Origin: a virus | Taxonomy: Duplodnaviria > Heunggongvirae > Uroviricota > Caudoviricetes | DNA: 13,310 nucleotides | Direction: 5' to 3' (one strand) | Virus record (IMG/VR): IMGVR_UViG_2537561622_000007 | Shown here: positions 1 through 7,787 of the stretch, in pieces | Layout of the letters: every line of letters starts with the position of its first letter | Position numbering within the stretch: the stretch's first letter is position 1 | Position numbers and translations under genes: made by a program | Notes under the pieces: generated by a model | What the model was told of the DNA's origin: nothing | The model's input: only the letters and a program-made list of their open reading frames with translations | Database searches by the model: none

Positions 1-600
1 ATGGCGCATATACAACTGGTCAAACAAACCTCTTCCGGATTACTTCTCCCGGCGACGCCGGAGAGTTGCGATTTTTTGCATCAAATCAAAATAGGTGAGT
101 GGATACACGCAGACTTTAAGCGTGTGCGTAACTACGCATTCCACAAGCGTTTTTTCAAACTCCTGCAACTGGGATTTGATTACTGGACTCCGGTCGGTGG
201 GGCGATCACGCCTCGCGAACGAAAACTGGTATCAGGCTTCGTTGATTACCTGTGCGAATCAGTAGGTCGGGAACACACTCCAGCCCTGAGTGATGCCGCA
301 GAGCAATACCTTAATACAGTTGCGACATGCAGAACCCGGGATACGGCATTGCTAAAGTCGTTTGACGCTTTCCGCGAGTGGGTAACTATTCAGGCCGGAT
401 TTTACACCGAGCATATTTATCCTGATGGTAGTCGTGGGCGCAGGGCAAAATCAATCGCATTTGCGAACATGGACGAAACCGAGTTTCAGCAGGTTTATAA
501 ATCTGTACTGAATGTGCTGTGGAACTGGATCCTGTTCCGTAAATTTTCCTCTCCGGAGGAAGTCGAAAATGTGGCCGCGCAGTTACTGGAGTTTGCGTAA
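1..600 (+). CDS. Lambdoid prophage nin-region protein, DUF1367-like (199 aa)
   Basis: Full ORF in the six-frame track. Stop TAA 598-600 overlaps the next ATG (TAATG), typical phage translational coupling. Family assignment is from recalled similarity to lambdoid nin-region proteins, not a search. Confidence 0.5.
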   Translation: MAHIQLVKQTSSGLLLPATPESCDFLHQIKIGEWIHADFKRVRNYAFHKRFFKLLQLGFDYWTPVGGAITPRERKLVSGFVDYLCESVGREHTPALSDAAEQYLNTVATCRTRDTALLKSFDAFREWVTIQAGFYTEHIYPDGSRGRRAKSIAFANMDETEFQQVYKSVLNVLWNWILFRKFSSPEEVENVAAQLLEFA

Positions 601-889
601 TGGTGGATTTACGTAAAGCGGCGCGGGGGCAGATGTGCACCGTCAGAATTCCTGGCTACTGCAATCACAATCCCGAAACTTCTGTGCTGGCGCATTACAG
701 GCTGGCGGGGACGTGCGGAACAGCGACAAAACCACACGATATGCAGGCAGCGATTGCCTGTAGCTCATGCCACGATTTAATCGACGGGCGGGTAAAAACC
801 AGCGATTACACCAAAGAAGAATTACGCCTGATGCATGCAGAAGGTGTTTTCGCACACAAGAAATCTGGAGAAAGGAAGGTTATTTATGA
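600..889 (+). pseudogene. YbcO-like (DUF1364) Cys-rich protein, frame broken by a 1-bp shift near 849-851
   Basis: N-terminal part in frame 0 (MVDLRKAARGQMCTVRIPGYCNHNPETSVLAH...IACSSCHD) resembles DLP12 YbcO as recalled. The YbcO-like C-terminus (RTQEIWRKEGYL*) is in another frame and ends at TGA 887-889, which overlaps the next ATG 886-888 (ATGA). The track ORF 600..1007 is an out-of-frame read-through. The shift lies at a T-run (847-850). Confidence 0.5.
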
Positions 890-1277
890 TTTACCCAACA
901 AATACAGGCAAAAGCGGGGAACACCTTCGTCTCACCACGCTGGAAAGTGTCTGGATTCAGGGAAAACTGCGCATGTGGGGGCGCTGGTCGTATATTGGCG
1001 GCGGTAAGACGGGAAATATGTTTAACCAGTTGCTGGCATCCAAAAAATTGACGAAAACAGCCGTCAATGAAGCCCTGCGCAGGATGAAAAAGCGGGAATA
1101 GAGAAACCTGAGCTGGAAGCGTTTTTGCGAGAGATGATCAATGGCAAGCAAAAGACCTGGCTGGCGCATTGTACTGATGCAGAGGCGTTATGTATTGATA
1201 GAGTCATAAGTGAGGTGCTGGCAGAGCATCCTGGATTGATTAGTGTCCTCCGGCAACGGTATGAAGGCGGGGGATGA
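886..1277 (+). pseudogene. Q-like late antiterminator candidate, frame interrupted at TAG 1099-1101
   Basis: ATG 886 (MIYPTNTGKSGEHLRL...RRMKKRE) stops at 1099-1101; the reading continues in the adjacent frame from 1101 (EKPELEAFLREMINGKQKTWLAHCTDAEALC...RYEGGG*) to TGA 1275-1277. One inserted base near 1098 (gaatag to gaaatag) would restore a single ~130-aa ORF. Position after the nin genes and before a promoter/terminator pair fits Q. Family identity is from memory. Confidence 0.4.
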
Positions 1278-1441
1278 CTAAGCGTAAAATGGCTGAATTG
1301 CTGAATGACGCACACCCTGAGTGGTGTTTCCGGACGTGCTGCAGTCGGGTAGATGTATGGCTAAATCTTGCTGAATATATGCTCTATCTACCGGTGCGTG
1401 ATGCATTCTCTTCCGGGGATCTAAAGACCGTTTGTTGACTC
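1274..1441 (+). CDS. Hypothetical small Cys-containing protein (55 aa), below the ORF-track cutoff
   Basis: ATG 1274-1276 overlaps the Q-like stop 1275-1277 (ATGA). Translates as MTKRKMAELLNDAHPEWCFRTCCSRVDVWLNLAEYMLYLPVRDAFSSGDLKTVC*. No recognised family. Confidence 0.2.
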
Positions 1442-1464
1442 AATCTGTTATCCGGGGCTATATT
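1435..1464 (+). promoter_or_regulatory. Sigma70-type promoter, candidate lambdoid late promoter (PR'-like)
   Basis: -35 TTGACT at 1435-1440, 18-bp spacer, -10 TATATT at 1459-1464. Lies just downstream of the Q-like gene and ~65 bp upstream of a strong intrinsic terminator, the arrangement of lambda PR'/tR'. Confidence 0.4.
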
Positions 1465-1526
1465 CCTCACGCGCCAGCAAAATCTGGCGTCGGGATTGGC
1501 GTCCCGGATGTTTACGGAGCGATATG

Positions 1527-1547
1527 AGACGCGCCCGCGTCTTTTTT
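1527..1547 (+). terminator. Intrinsic terminator, tR'-like
   Basis: GC-rich hairpin: AGACGC (1527-1532), loop GCCC, GCGTCT (1537-1542), followed by a T-run 1542-1547. Confidence 0.5.
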
Positions 1548-1825
1548 CATATCGTTTGCACAGTCACATTCGCGATTTATGGCGGGCTGTGTGGGGGAGC
1601 CGAAAGGCTCGCCGGTTTCCGTACCCGGTTACGCCAACCCTGCACAGTTCGCCACCAGTTCGATTGGCGTCGTCGGTGGCGATAATTTCCAAATGTACGG
1701 AGTTATCGTTATGACCACTCAAATCTCTGTTGAAACTCTCTCCCCGATCACCCATAACCAGTGAGGTAGCCTGAGTTTAACGGACACTCCTTCCTGAAAT
1801 AGAATGGCATCAGAAGGAGCTAATA

Positions 1826-2128
1826 ATGAGCAGAAAAACCCAACGTTACTCTAAAGAGTTCAAAGCCGAAGCTGTCAGAACGGTTCTTGAAAATCAACTT
1901 TCGATCAGTGAAGGCGCTTCCCGATTATCCCTTCCTGAAGGCACTTTAGGACAATGGGTTACCGCCGCCAGAAAAGGGCTCGGTACTCCTGGTTCCCGCA
2001 CGGTGGCTGAACTGGAATCTGAAATTCTGCAACTGCGTAAGGCGTTAAATGAAGCTCGCCTTGAGCGAGATATATTAAAAAAAGCAACAGCGTATTTTGC
2101 ACAGGAGTCGCTGAAAAATACGCGTTAA
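1826..2128 (+). CDS. IS600 OrfA (helix-turn-helix / leucine-zipper transposase subunit)
   Basis: MSRKTQRYSKEFKAEAVRTVLENQ... with AGGAG upstream; IS3-family OrfA architecture. Confidence 0.85.
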   Translation: MSRKTQRYSKEFKAEAVRTVLENQLSISEGASRLSLPEGTLGQWVTAARKGLGTPGSRTVAELESEILQLRKALNEARLERDILKKATAYFAQESLKNTR

Positions 2129-2163
2129 TCGAACAATGGCGACAACAATTTCCCATTGAAGCG

Positions 2164-2982
2164 ATGTGTCAGGTATTTGGTGTATCCAGGAGCGGTTATT
2201 ACAACTGGGTACAGCATGAACCCTCAGACAGAAAACAAAGTGATGAGCGGCTAAAACCGGAGATTAAGGTGGCACATATCCGCACTCGCGAAACATATGG
2301 AACCCGGCGGCTCCAGACGGAGCTGGCAGAGAATGGCATCATCGTTGGTCGTGACCGACTGGCACGTCTTCGTAAGGAGCTGAGGCTACGCTGTAAGCAG
2401 AAACGCAAGTTCAGAGCGACTACGAACCCGAACCACAATCTGCCAGTTGCGCCAAATCTGCTGAACCAGACGTTCGCTCCTACAGCACCAAATCAGGTCT
2501 GGGTGGCGGACCTGACGTATGTTGCCACACAGGAGGGATGGTTGTACCTCGCTGGCATCAAAGATGTTTATACGTGTGAAATTGTCGGCTACGCCATGGG
2601 AGAGCGCATGACAAAAGAGCTGACAGGTAAAGCCCTGTTTATGGCGCTCAGGAGCCAGCGCCCACCTGCCGGGCTAATCCACCACTCTGATCGAGGTTCA
2701 CAGTACTGCGCATACGATTACCGGGTCATACAGGAGCAGTCTGGTCTGAAAACATCAATGTCGCGTAAAGGTAACTGTTACGACAACGCTCCGATGGAAA
2801 GCTTCTGGGGAACGCTGAAAAATGAGAGCCTGAGCCACTATCGTTTTAATAACCGGGATGAAGCCATCTCAGTAATACGGGAATACATTGAGATTTTCTA
2901 CAATCGTCAGCGTCGTCACTCTCGTCTGGGGAATATCTCCCCGGCAGCCTTCAGGGAAAAATATCATCAGATGGCTGCTTAA
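2164..2982 (+). CDS. IS600 OrfB (DDE transposase catalytic domain)
   Basis: 272-aa ORF with IS3-family OrfB motifs (HSDRGSQY, KGNCYDNAPMESFWG). Probably expressed as an OrfAB fusion by -1 frameshift, so the true start lies upstream of 2164. Confidence 0.85.
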   Translation: MCQVFGVSRSGYYNWVQHEPSDRKQSDERLKPEIKVAHIRTRETYGTRRLQTELAENGIIVGRDRLARLRKELRLRCKQKRKFRATTNPNHNLPVAPNLLNQTFAPTAPNQVWVADLTYVATQEGWLYLAGIKDVYTCEIVGYAMGERMTKELTGKALFMALRSQRPPAGLIHHSDRGSQYCAYDYRVIQEQSGLKTSMSRKGNCYDNAPMESFWGTLKNESLSHYRFNNRDEAISVIREYIEIFYNRQRRHSRLGNISPAAFREKYHQMAA

Positions 2983-3631
2983 AAAAAGAACAAATGGTAG
3001 TGTCCGCTATTGCCAGTACACCTCACAGATTCCTGTTATTACCACCGAACTTTTGGCGCAGCTTTACGGCACTGAGCCGGTGCGTATTCGCCAGAATCAT
3101 CATGAGAACAAAGTACGCTTCGTTGAAGGGAAACACTTTTTCAAAGTTGTTGGTAATGACCTTAAAGAATTGCGGGTCGCTTTAAACTACTCACAAAATC
3201 CAGTTTCACCCAAAGCCCGCTCCCTCATCCTCTGGACAGAACGAGGCGCAGCACGCCACGGCAAAATGCTCGAAACCGATCAGGCGTGGGATGTGTTCGA
3301 AAAACTGGAAGACTGCTATTTCAGTCAAAGGGATCCGTCAACGCCAGTTTCATGCCAGAAAAGTTACGACACGCGAGTTCTCTGTTATCAGAGAGGCGGT
3401 GTCACTGTTTCCACAATTCAGTTACGGGATGATGATATTGTTATTTCCCTTGAGTCATGGCTGGAACTGGCGAGAGCCAATGGTTGGTTTGTTGTTCGCA
3501 GAGATAAACTGGTGGAAAGGTTGATGCAGCTTTAAAAAAGTTCTTGCATTTTTGCACATAAACTGCTTCAATTACGGTAAGCTTCGCAAAGCTGTATCGC
3601 GAGGCGAATAGCAGACATGGACACTTGAAAG

Positions 3632-3657
3632 AACCCGCTTTATGCGGGTTTTTTTGT
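3632..3657 (+). terminator. Intrinsic terminator after the ORF6N gene
   Basis: AACCCGC (3632-3638), loop TTTAT, GCGGGTT (3644-3650), then a T-run to 3657. Confidence 0.55.
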
Positions 3658-3705
3658 GCCTGAAAAATGGCACAGGGCGTTAAACGCGCTGGTGGTCAGA
3701 TGAGT

Positions 3706-3734
3706 TTGCAGATGTGATGACATATGGTTATTAT
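3706..3734 (+). promoter_or_regulatory. Possible sigma70 promoter for the tRNA array
   Basis: -35 TTGCAG at 3706-3711, 17-bp spacer, -10 TATTAT at 3729-3734, ending 9 bp before the first tRNA. The -35 is weak, so this is tentative. Confidence 0.3.
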
Positions 3735-3743
3735 TCTGCCTCC

Positions 3744-3820
3744 GGCCCTTTAGCTCAGTTGGTCAGAGCGAGCGACTCATAATCGCCAGGTCGCTGGTTC
3801 AAGTCCAGCAAGGGCCACCA
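3744..3820 (+). tRNA. tRNA, anticodon CAU; ileX/ileZ-like (Ile2, lysidine-type) rather than Met
   Basis: Manual cloverleaf fold: 7-bp acceptor GGCCCTT/AAGGGCC, anticodon loop CTCATAA, T-arm GCTGG-TTCAAGT-CCAGC, 3' CCA encoded. Near-identical over most of its length to E. coli ileX as recalled. Confidence 0.8.
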
Positions 3821-3821
3821 A

Positions 3822-3898
3822 CCACCACTAGCTCATCCGGATAGAGCATCAACCTTCTAAGTTGACGGTGCGAGGTTCGAGTCCTCGGTGGTGGGCCA
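3822..3898 (+). tRNA. tRNA-Arg, anticodon UCU
   Basis: Acceptor CCACCAC/GTGGTGG, anticodon stem TCAAC/GTTGA, loop CTTCTAA, T-loop TTCGAGT, CCA encoded. Starts 1 nt after the previous tRNA. Confidence 0.75.
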
Positions 3899-3900
3899 GC

Positions 3901-3976
<76 letters not shown>

Positions 3977-3979
3977 TAT

Positions 3980-4054
<75 letters not shown>

Positions 4055-4168
4055 TGACCTTTCTTAAAGTACTCCAACCTACTGAATCCTAAGGGATACG
4101 GCTTTAAGCCTCCTTGCAGAGTTACTTACTGTAACCCACTGTGTAACCCTCTCAGGGCATGCAGACAT

Positions 4169-5773
4169 ATGATTCAGCTATCCAGTAGTCACAAACTTCC
4201 AGCAGTCTACTATCTCTACCAGCGTAACGGCGTCTACTACTTCCGTCTTAGGGTCAGACAATCAAACAATGATAGAATGACCTCAATATCATTACGGACC
4301 AAGGATAGACGCACCGCTATGGCTTACTCAAGGCACATAAAGGCAGCACTCAAGGCAATACACGCAGACAGACCCAACGCTACCTATGAGGAAATGAGGG
4401 AACACCTTAAGGACATCGCTGAGTGTGAACTGTCTATGGGCCGTTCAGATCTCTTTGAGCCTGACATGAGGGATATCTACCGGGACCAATACGGAGAACT
4501 TGGTGAGAGCCTTACCGATGCTCTGGCTAGTGAGCCGCTAAGCATTGACCAGCATCGTTACATCAATGAGGCCCTGAAGGTGCTAAAAGCCTGTATGAGG
4601 CGTATCGAAGCGGGAGACAGTCAGCTTCTGATAGATTACGTCGATCTTTTTAATGATATTGATAGGCAAGATAACCAAGCAGACTCTGTGTCCCTATCTG
4701 TTAATGCTCCAGAAGTAAAACCAGAAGTTACGCCTAGCATTACCATAGCGAGCCTCTTTGAGCAATACGAAGCGGAGAACTATCAGAACTGGAAGCCTGC
4801 AACCTTAAGGGAAAACAAGGCGTCACACGCTGCGTTAATCGAAATATTCGACCATCTGGGTCTCAATGCAGACGCTAACAGGGCTGACATGCTTAGGGTC
4901 CGTGATGTGCTCCAGCAGTTACCTAGGAACCGTAAGCAGCGCTTCAAGGATGTCCCACTTGCTGACCTGTTGAGCCGTGAAGATAAGACAGATTGTCTGG
5001 ATGTCGTTACCATCAACAACAAGTATCTTATTAAGATGGCTGCTGTCTTTAGGTGGGCTGTGCGCAATGACTTGATTAAAAAGAACATGACTGAGGGTCT
5101 GGAGCTTAAAGTCCCTCAGCGTAAAGCCTCAGGGGCCCGTAACGCCTTCTCTACGGAGCAGGTGGGGCAACTACTGGTCGCAGCTAAGGCATACTCTCAG
5201 AAGACCTCTGGTAAGCCGTATCATTATTATGTTACCGCCTTGGCTGCTATCACTGGGGCGAGACTCAATGAAATAGCCCAACTACAGGTCAAAGACGTCA
5301 GGACCACTGAGGCGGGAACCGTTTATATTCATATCAATGAAGACGATAGTAGTCTACCCGGTAAGAGCATCAAGAACGCTCATAGTGACCGCTGTGTGCC
5401 TCTGGTCGATGGGGCCTATGGTTTTATATTGGCTGACTTTATGGCGCTTGTAGAGACCCGTAGAGGCGCTGACGGTGATGACGCTATGGTGTTCGATGGT
5501 CTGCGTCTCATGAAGAACGGTTACGGTGAGCAGGTGAGTAAATGGTTTAATCGGACGTTGTTGCCTAAAGTCCTCGTAGACCGTAGCGGCTTAGCGTTTC
5601 ACTCGTTTAGACATACAGTTGCGGCCCAGTTAAAACAACATGGGGTCGAGTTGGCGTATGCACAGGCGATCATGGGGCATAGTTCAGGGTCTATTACGTA
5701 CGACCGTTATGCTAAAGAGGTCGAGGTTGATAGGCTGGTCAATGTGATGGCTGATGTTTATAAGGAGACCTAG
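4169..5773 (+). CDS. Tyrosine recombinase / integrase (534 aa)
   Basis: C-terminal catalytic motifs visible: box I Arg in ALAAITGARLNEIAQL, box II HSFRHT, and the nucleophile region GHSSGSITYDRY. Unusually long N-terminal region (~300 aa). Starts 114 bp after tRNA-Gly, same orientation. Confidence 0.85.
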   Translation: MIQLSSSHKLPAVYYLYQRNGVYYFRLRVRQSNNDRMTSISLRTKDRRTAMAYSRHIKAALKAIHADRPNATYEEMREHLKDIAECELSMGRSDLFEPDMRDIYRDQYGELGESLTDALASEPLSIDQHRYINEALKVLKACMRRIEAGDSQLLIDYVDLFNDIDRQDNQADSVSLSVNAPEVKPEVTPSITIASLFEQYEAENYQNWKPATLRENKASHAALIEIFDHLGLNADANRADMLRVRDVLQQLPRNRKQRFKDVPLADLLSREDKTDCLDVVTINNKYLIKMAAVFRWAVRNDLIKKNMTEGLELKVPQRKASGARNAFSTEQVGQLLVAAKAYSQKTSGKPYHYYVTALAAITGARLNEIAQLQVKDVRTTEAGTVYIHINEDDSSLPGKSIKNAHSDRCVPLVDGAYGFILADFMALVETRRGADGDDAMVFDGLRLMKNGYGEQVSKWFNRTLLPKVLVDRSGLAFHSFRHTVAAQLKQHGVELAYAQAIMGHSSGSITYDRYAKEVEVDRLVNVMADVYKET

Positions 5774-5861
5774 AGGAGACCATAGTCTAGGATGACACTT
5801 ACTACAGACCTGTGTGGTCATGTTTTTGACTCATAGTTTTCTCTACTTGTCAAGGGATAAT

Positions 5862-5884
5862 TAATACGACTCACTATAGGGAGA
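5862..5884 (+). promoter_or_regulatory. T7 RNA polymerase promoter, consensus (copy 1); +1 G at 5879
   Basis: TAATACGACTCACTATAGGGAGA, 23/23 match to the T7 class III consensus (-17 to +6). Confidence 0.8.
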
Positions 5885-5982
5885 AGGGACACAAAAAGTT
5901 TTCTCTTCTAGGATGACACTTACTACAGACCTGTGCGGTCATGTTTTTGACTCATAGTTTTCTCTGCTTGTCAAGGGGTAAT

Positions 5983-6005
5983 TAATGCGACTCACTATAG
6001 GGAGA
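5983..6005 (+). promoter_or_regulatory. T7 RNA polymerase promoter (copy 2, one mismatch); +1 G at 6000
   Basis: TAATGCGACTCACTATAGGGAGA, 22/23 (A to G at -13). Confidence 0.7.
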
Positions 6006-6102
6006 AGGGACACAAAAAGTTTTCTCTTCTAGGATGACACTTACTACAGACCTGTGTGGTCATGTTTTTGACTCATGGTTTTCTCTACTTGTCAAGGATA
6101 AT

Positions 6103-6125
6103 TAATACGACTCACTATAGGGAGA
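6103..6125 (+). promoter_or_regulatory. T7 RNA polymerase promoter, consensus (copy 3); +1 G at 6120
   Basis: TAATACGACTCACTATAGGGAGA, 23/23 match. Confidence 0.8.
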
Positions 6126-6319
6126 AGGGACACAAAAAGTTTTCTCTTCTAGGACAACTAACCGTAACTTATCGCATCCTTTCAGGGGCGGGATGACCAA
6201 TTACAGACACCAAGCGTTCTACTTAAAGTGAATGCTTCCTGTGTGCTCTGGGTCAGTCGATAAGTGAATAGCAATAAGACACAATCATCTTAATTATGGT
6301 CTCTAGTCCCTACAGGGGC

Positions 6320-6463
6320 TTAACTTAAAGTTAACTTAAAGACACAATTAAAGATTAACTTATAGTATTACTTAAAGTTAACTTAAAGACACAATTAGAG
6401 ATTAACTTTAAGTATTAAATAAAAGATTTAATTAAAGACCAATTAAAGATTAACTCTAAGGGA
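6320..6463. repeat. AT-rich iteron-like direct repeats (~47-bp period, 2 good copies plus 1 degenerate) full of TTAAAG motifs
   Basis: Core TTAACTTAAAGACACAATTA[A/G]AGATTAACTT..AGTATTA at 6331-6370 and 6378-6417; degenerate third copy ~6424-6463. No ORF of 60 aa or more on either strand between 5774 and 6530. Confidence 0.6.
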
Positions 6464-6530
6464 ATACCTTAAGGGGTGATGATATTTATAATAATCAATC
6501 ACCAAACCTATAGGTCTTCTCTTGAAGTGG

Positions 6531-7729
<1,199 letters not shown>

Positions 7730-7787
7730 ATCACCTCTGTTCAGGTGGCCAAATTCAGTGTGCCACTTCACAGATAAGGATTGAGTA

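Larger units (their letters stand above)
1762..3025 (+). mobile_element. IS600 (IS3 family), complete, 1264 bp, 3-bp target duplication CAG
   Basis: Ends TGAGGTAGCC... (1762) and ...ACCTCA (3025); flanking CAG at 1759-1761 and 3026-3028. OrfA/OrfB match recalled IS600. The first 84 bp recur at 12846-12929. Confidence 0.85.
1711..3535 (+). pseudogene. ORF6N-domain (antirepressor-like) gene split by IS600: N-terminal 17 codons 1711..1761, remainder 3026..3535
   Basis: ATG 1711 with GGAG 8 nt upstream encodes MTTQISVETLSPITHNQ, then runs into IS600. Removing IS600 plus one CAG copy joins it in frame to IPVITTELLAQLYGTEPVRIRQNHHENKVRFVEGKHFFKV... (ORF6N-like motif), ending at TAA 3533-3535; intact length ~187 aa. 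The track ORF 2888..3535 has a spurious N-terminus read from the IS600 end. Confidence 0.6.
5789..6153 (+). repeat. Tandem direct repeat, 3 units of ~121 bp (5789-5909, 5910-6030, 6031-6153), each with a T7-type promoter
   Basis: Units align base for base with about 4-5 substitutions and one 1-bp indel. Each unit holds TTGACTCAT...TTGTCAAGG followed by a T7 promoter. Confidence 0.9.

Noticed and set aside
600-1101. Track ORFs 600..1007 and 835..1101 as intact genes
   Set aside because: The 600..1007 tail and the 835..885 head are out-of-frame read-throughs created by the frame breaks; the real units are ybcO-like (600..889) and Q-like (886..1277).
1496-1764. Plus-strand ORFs 1496..1714 and 1579..1764
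   Set aside because: They overlap the promoter/terminator hairpins and lack RBSs; only the last 17 codons of the 1579..1764 frame (from ATG 1711) are real, as the ORF6N N-terminus.
2888-3535. Track ORF of 215 aa spanning the IS600 end
   Set aside because: Its first ~46 codons are read from inside IS600 (ends at 3025); the real gene is the IS-split ORF6N gene (1711..1761 plus 3026..3535).
4783-5088. Minus-strand 101-aa ORF inside the integrase gene
   Set aside because: Antisense to a well-supported CDS, with no RBS or recognisable motifs.
5789-6153. Possible CRISPR array
   Set aside because: Repeat units are ~121 bp and contiguous with no unique spacers between them; this is a tandem duplication, not a repeat-spacer array.
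6154-6300. Mini-ORFs downstream of the T7 promoters (for example ATG at 6191 encoding MTNYRHQAFYLK)
   Set aside because: Only 11-12 codons, no convincing RBS and no conservation signal; the region is treated as non-coding.
5774-6522. Direct repeat of the tRNA-Gly 3' end (attR) downstream of the integrase
   Set aside because: Only a 6-bp ATGACC match at about 6190 was found, too short to call; the true attR, if any, probably lies beyond the IS911 junction.
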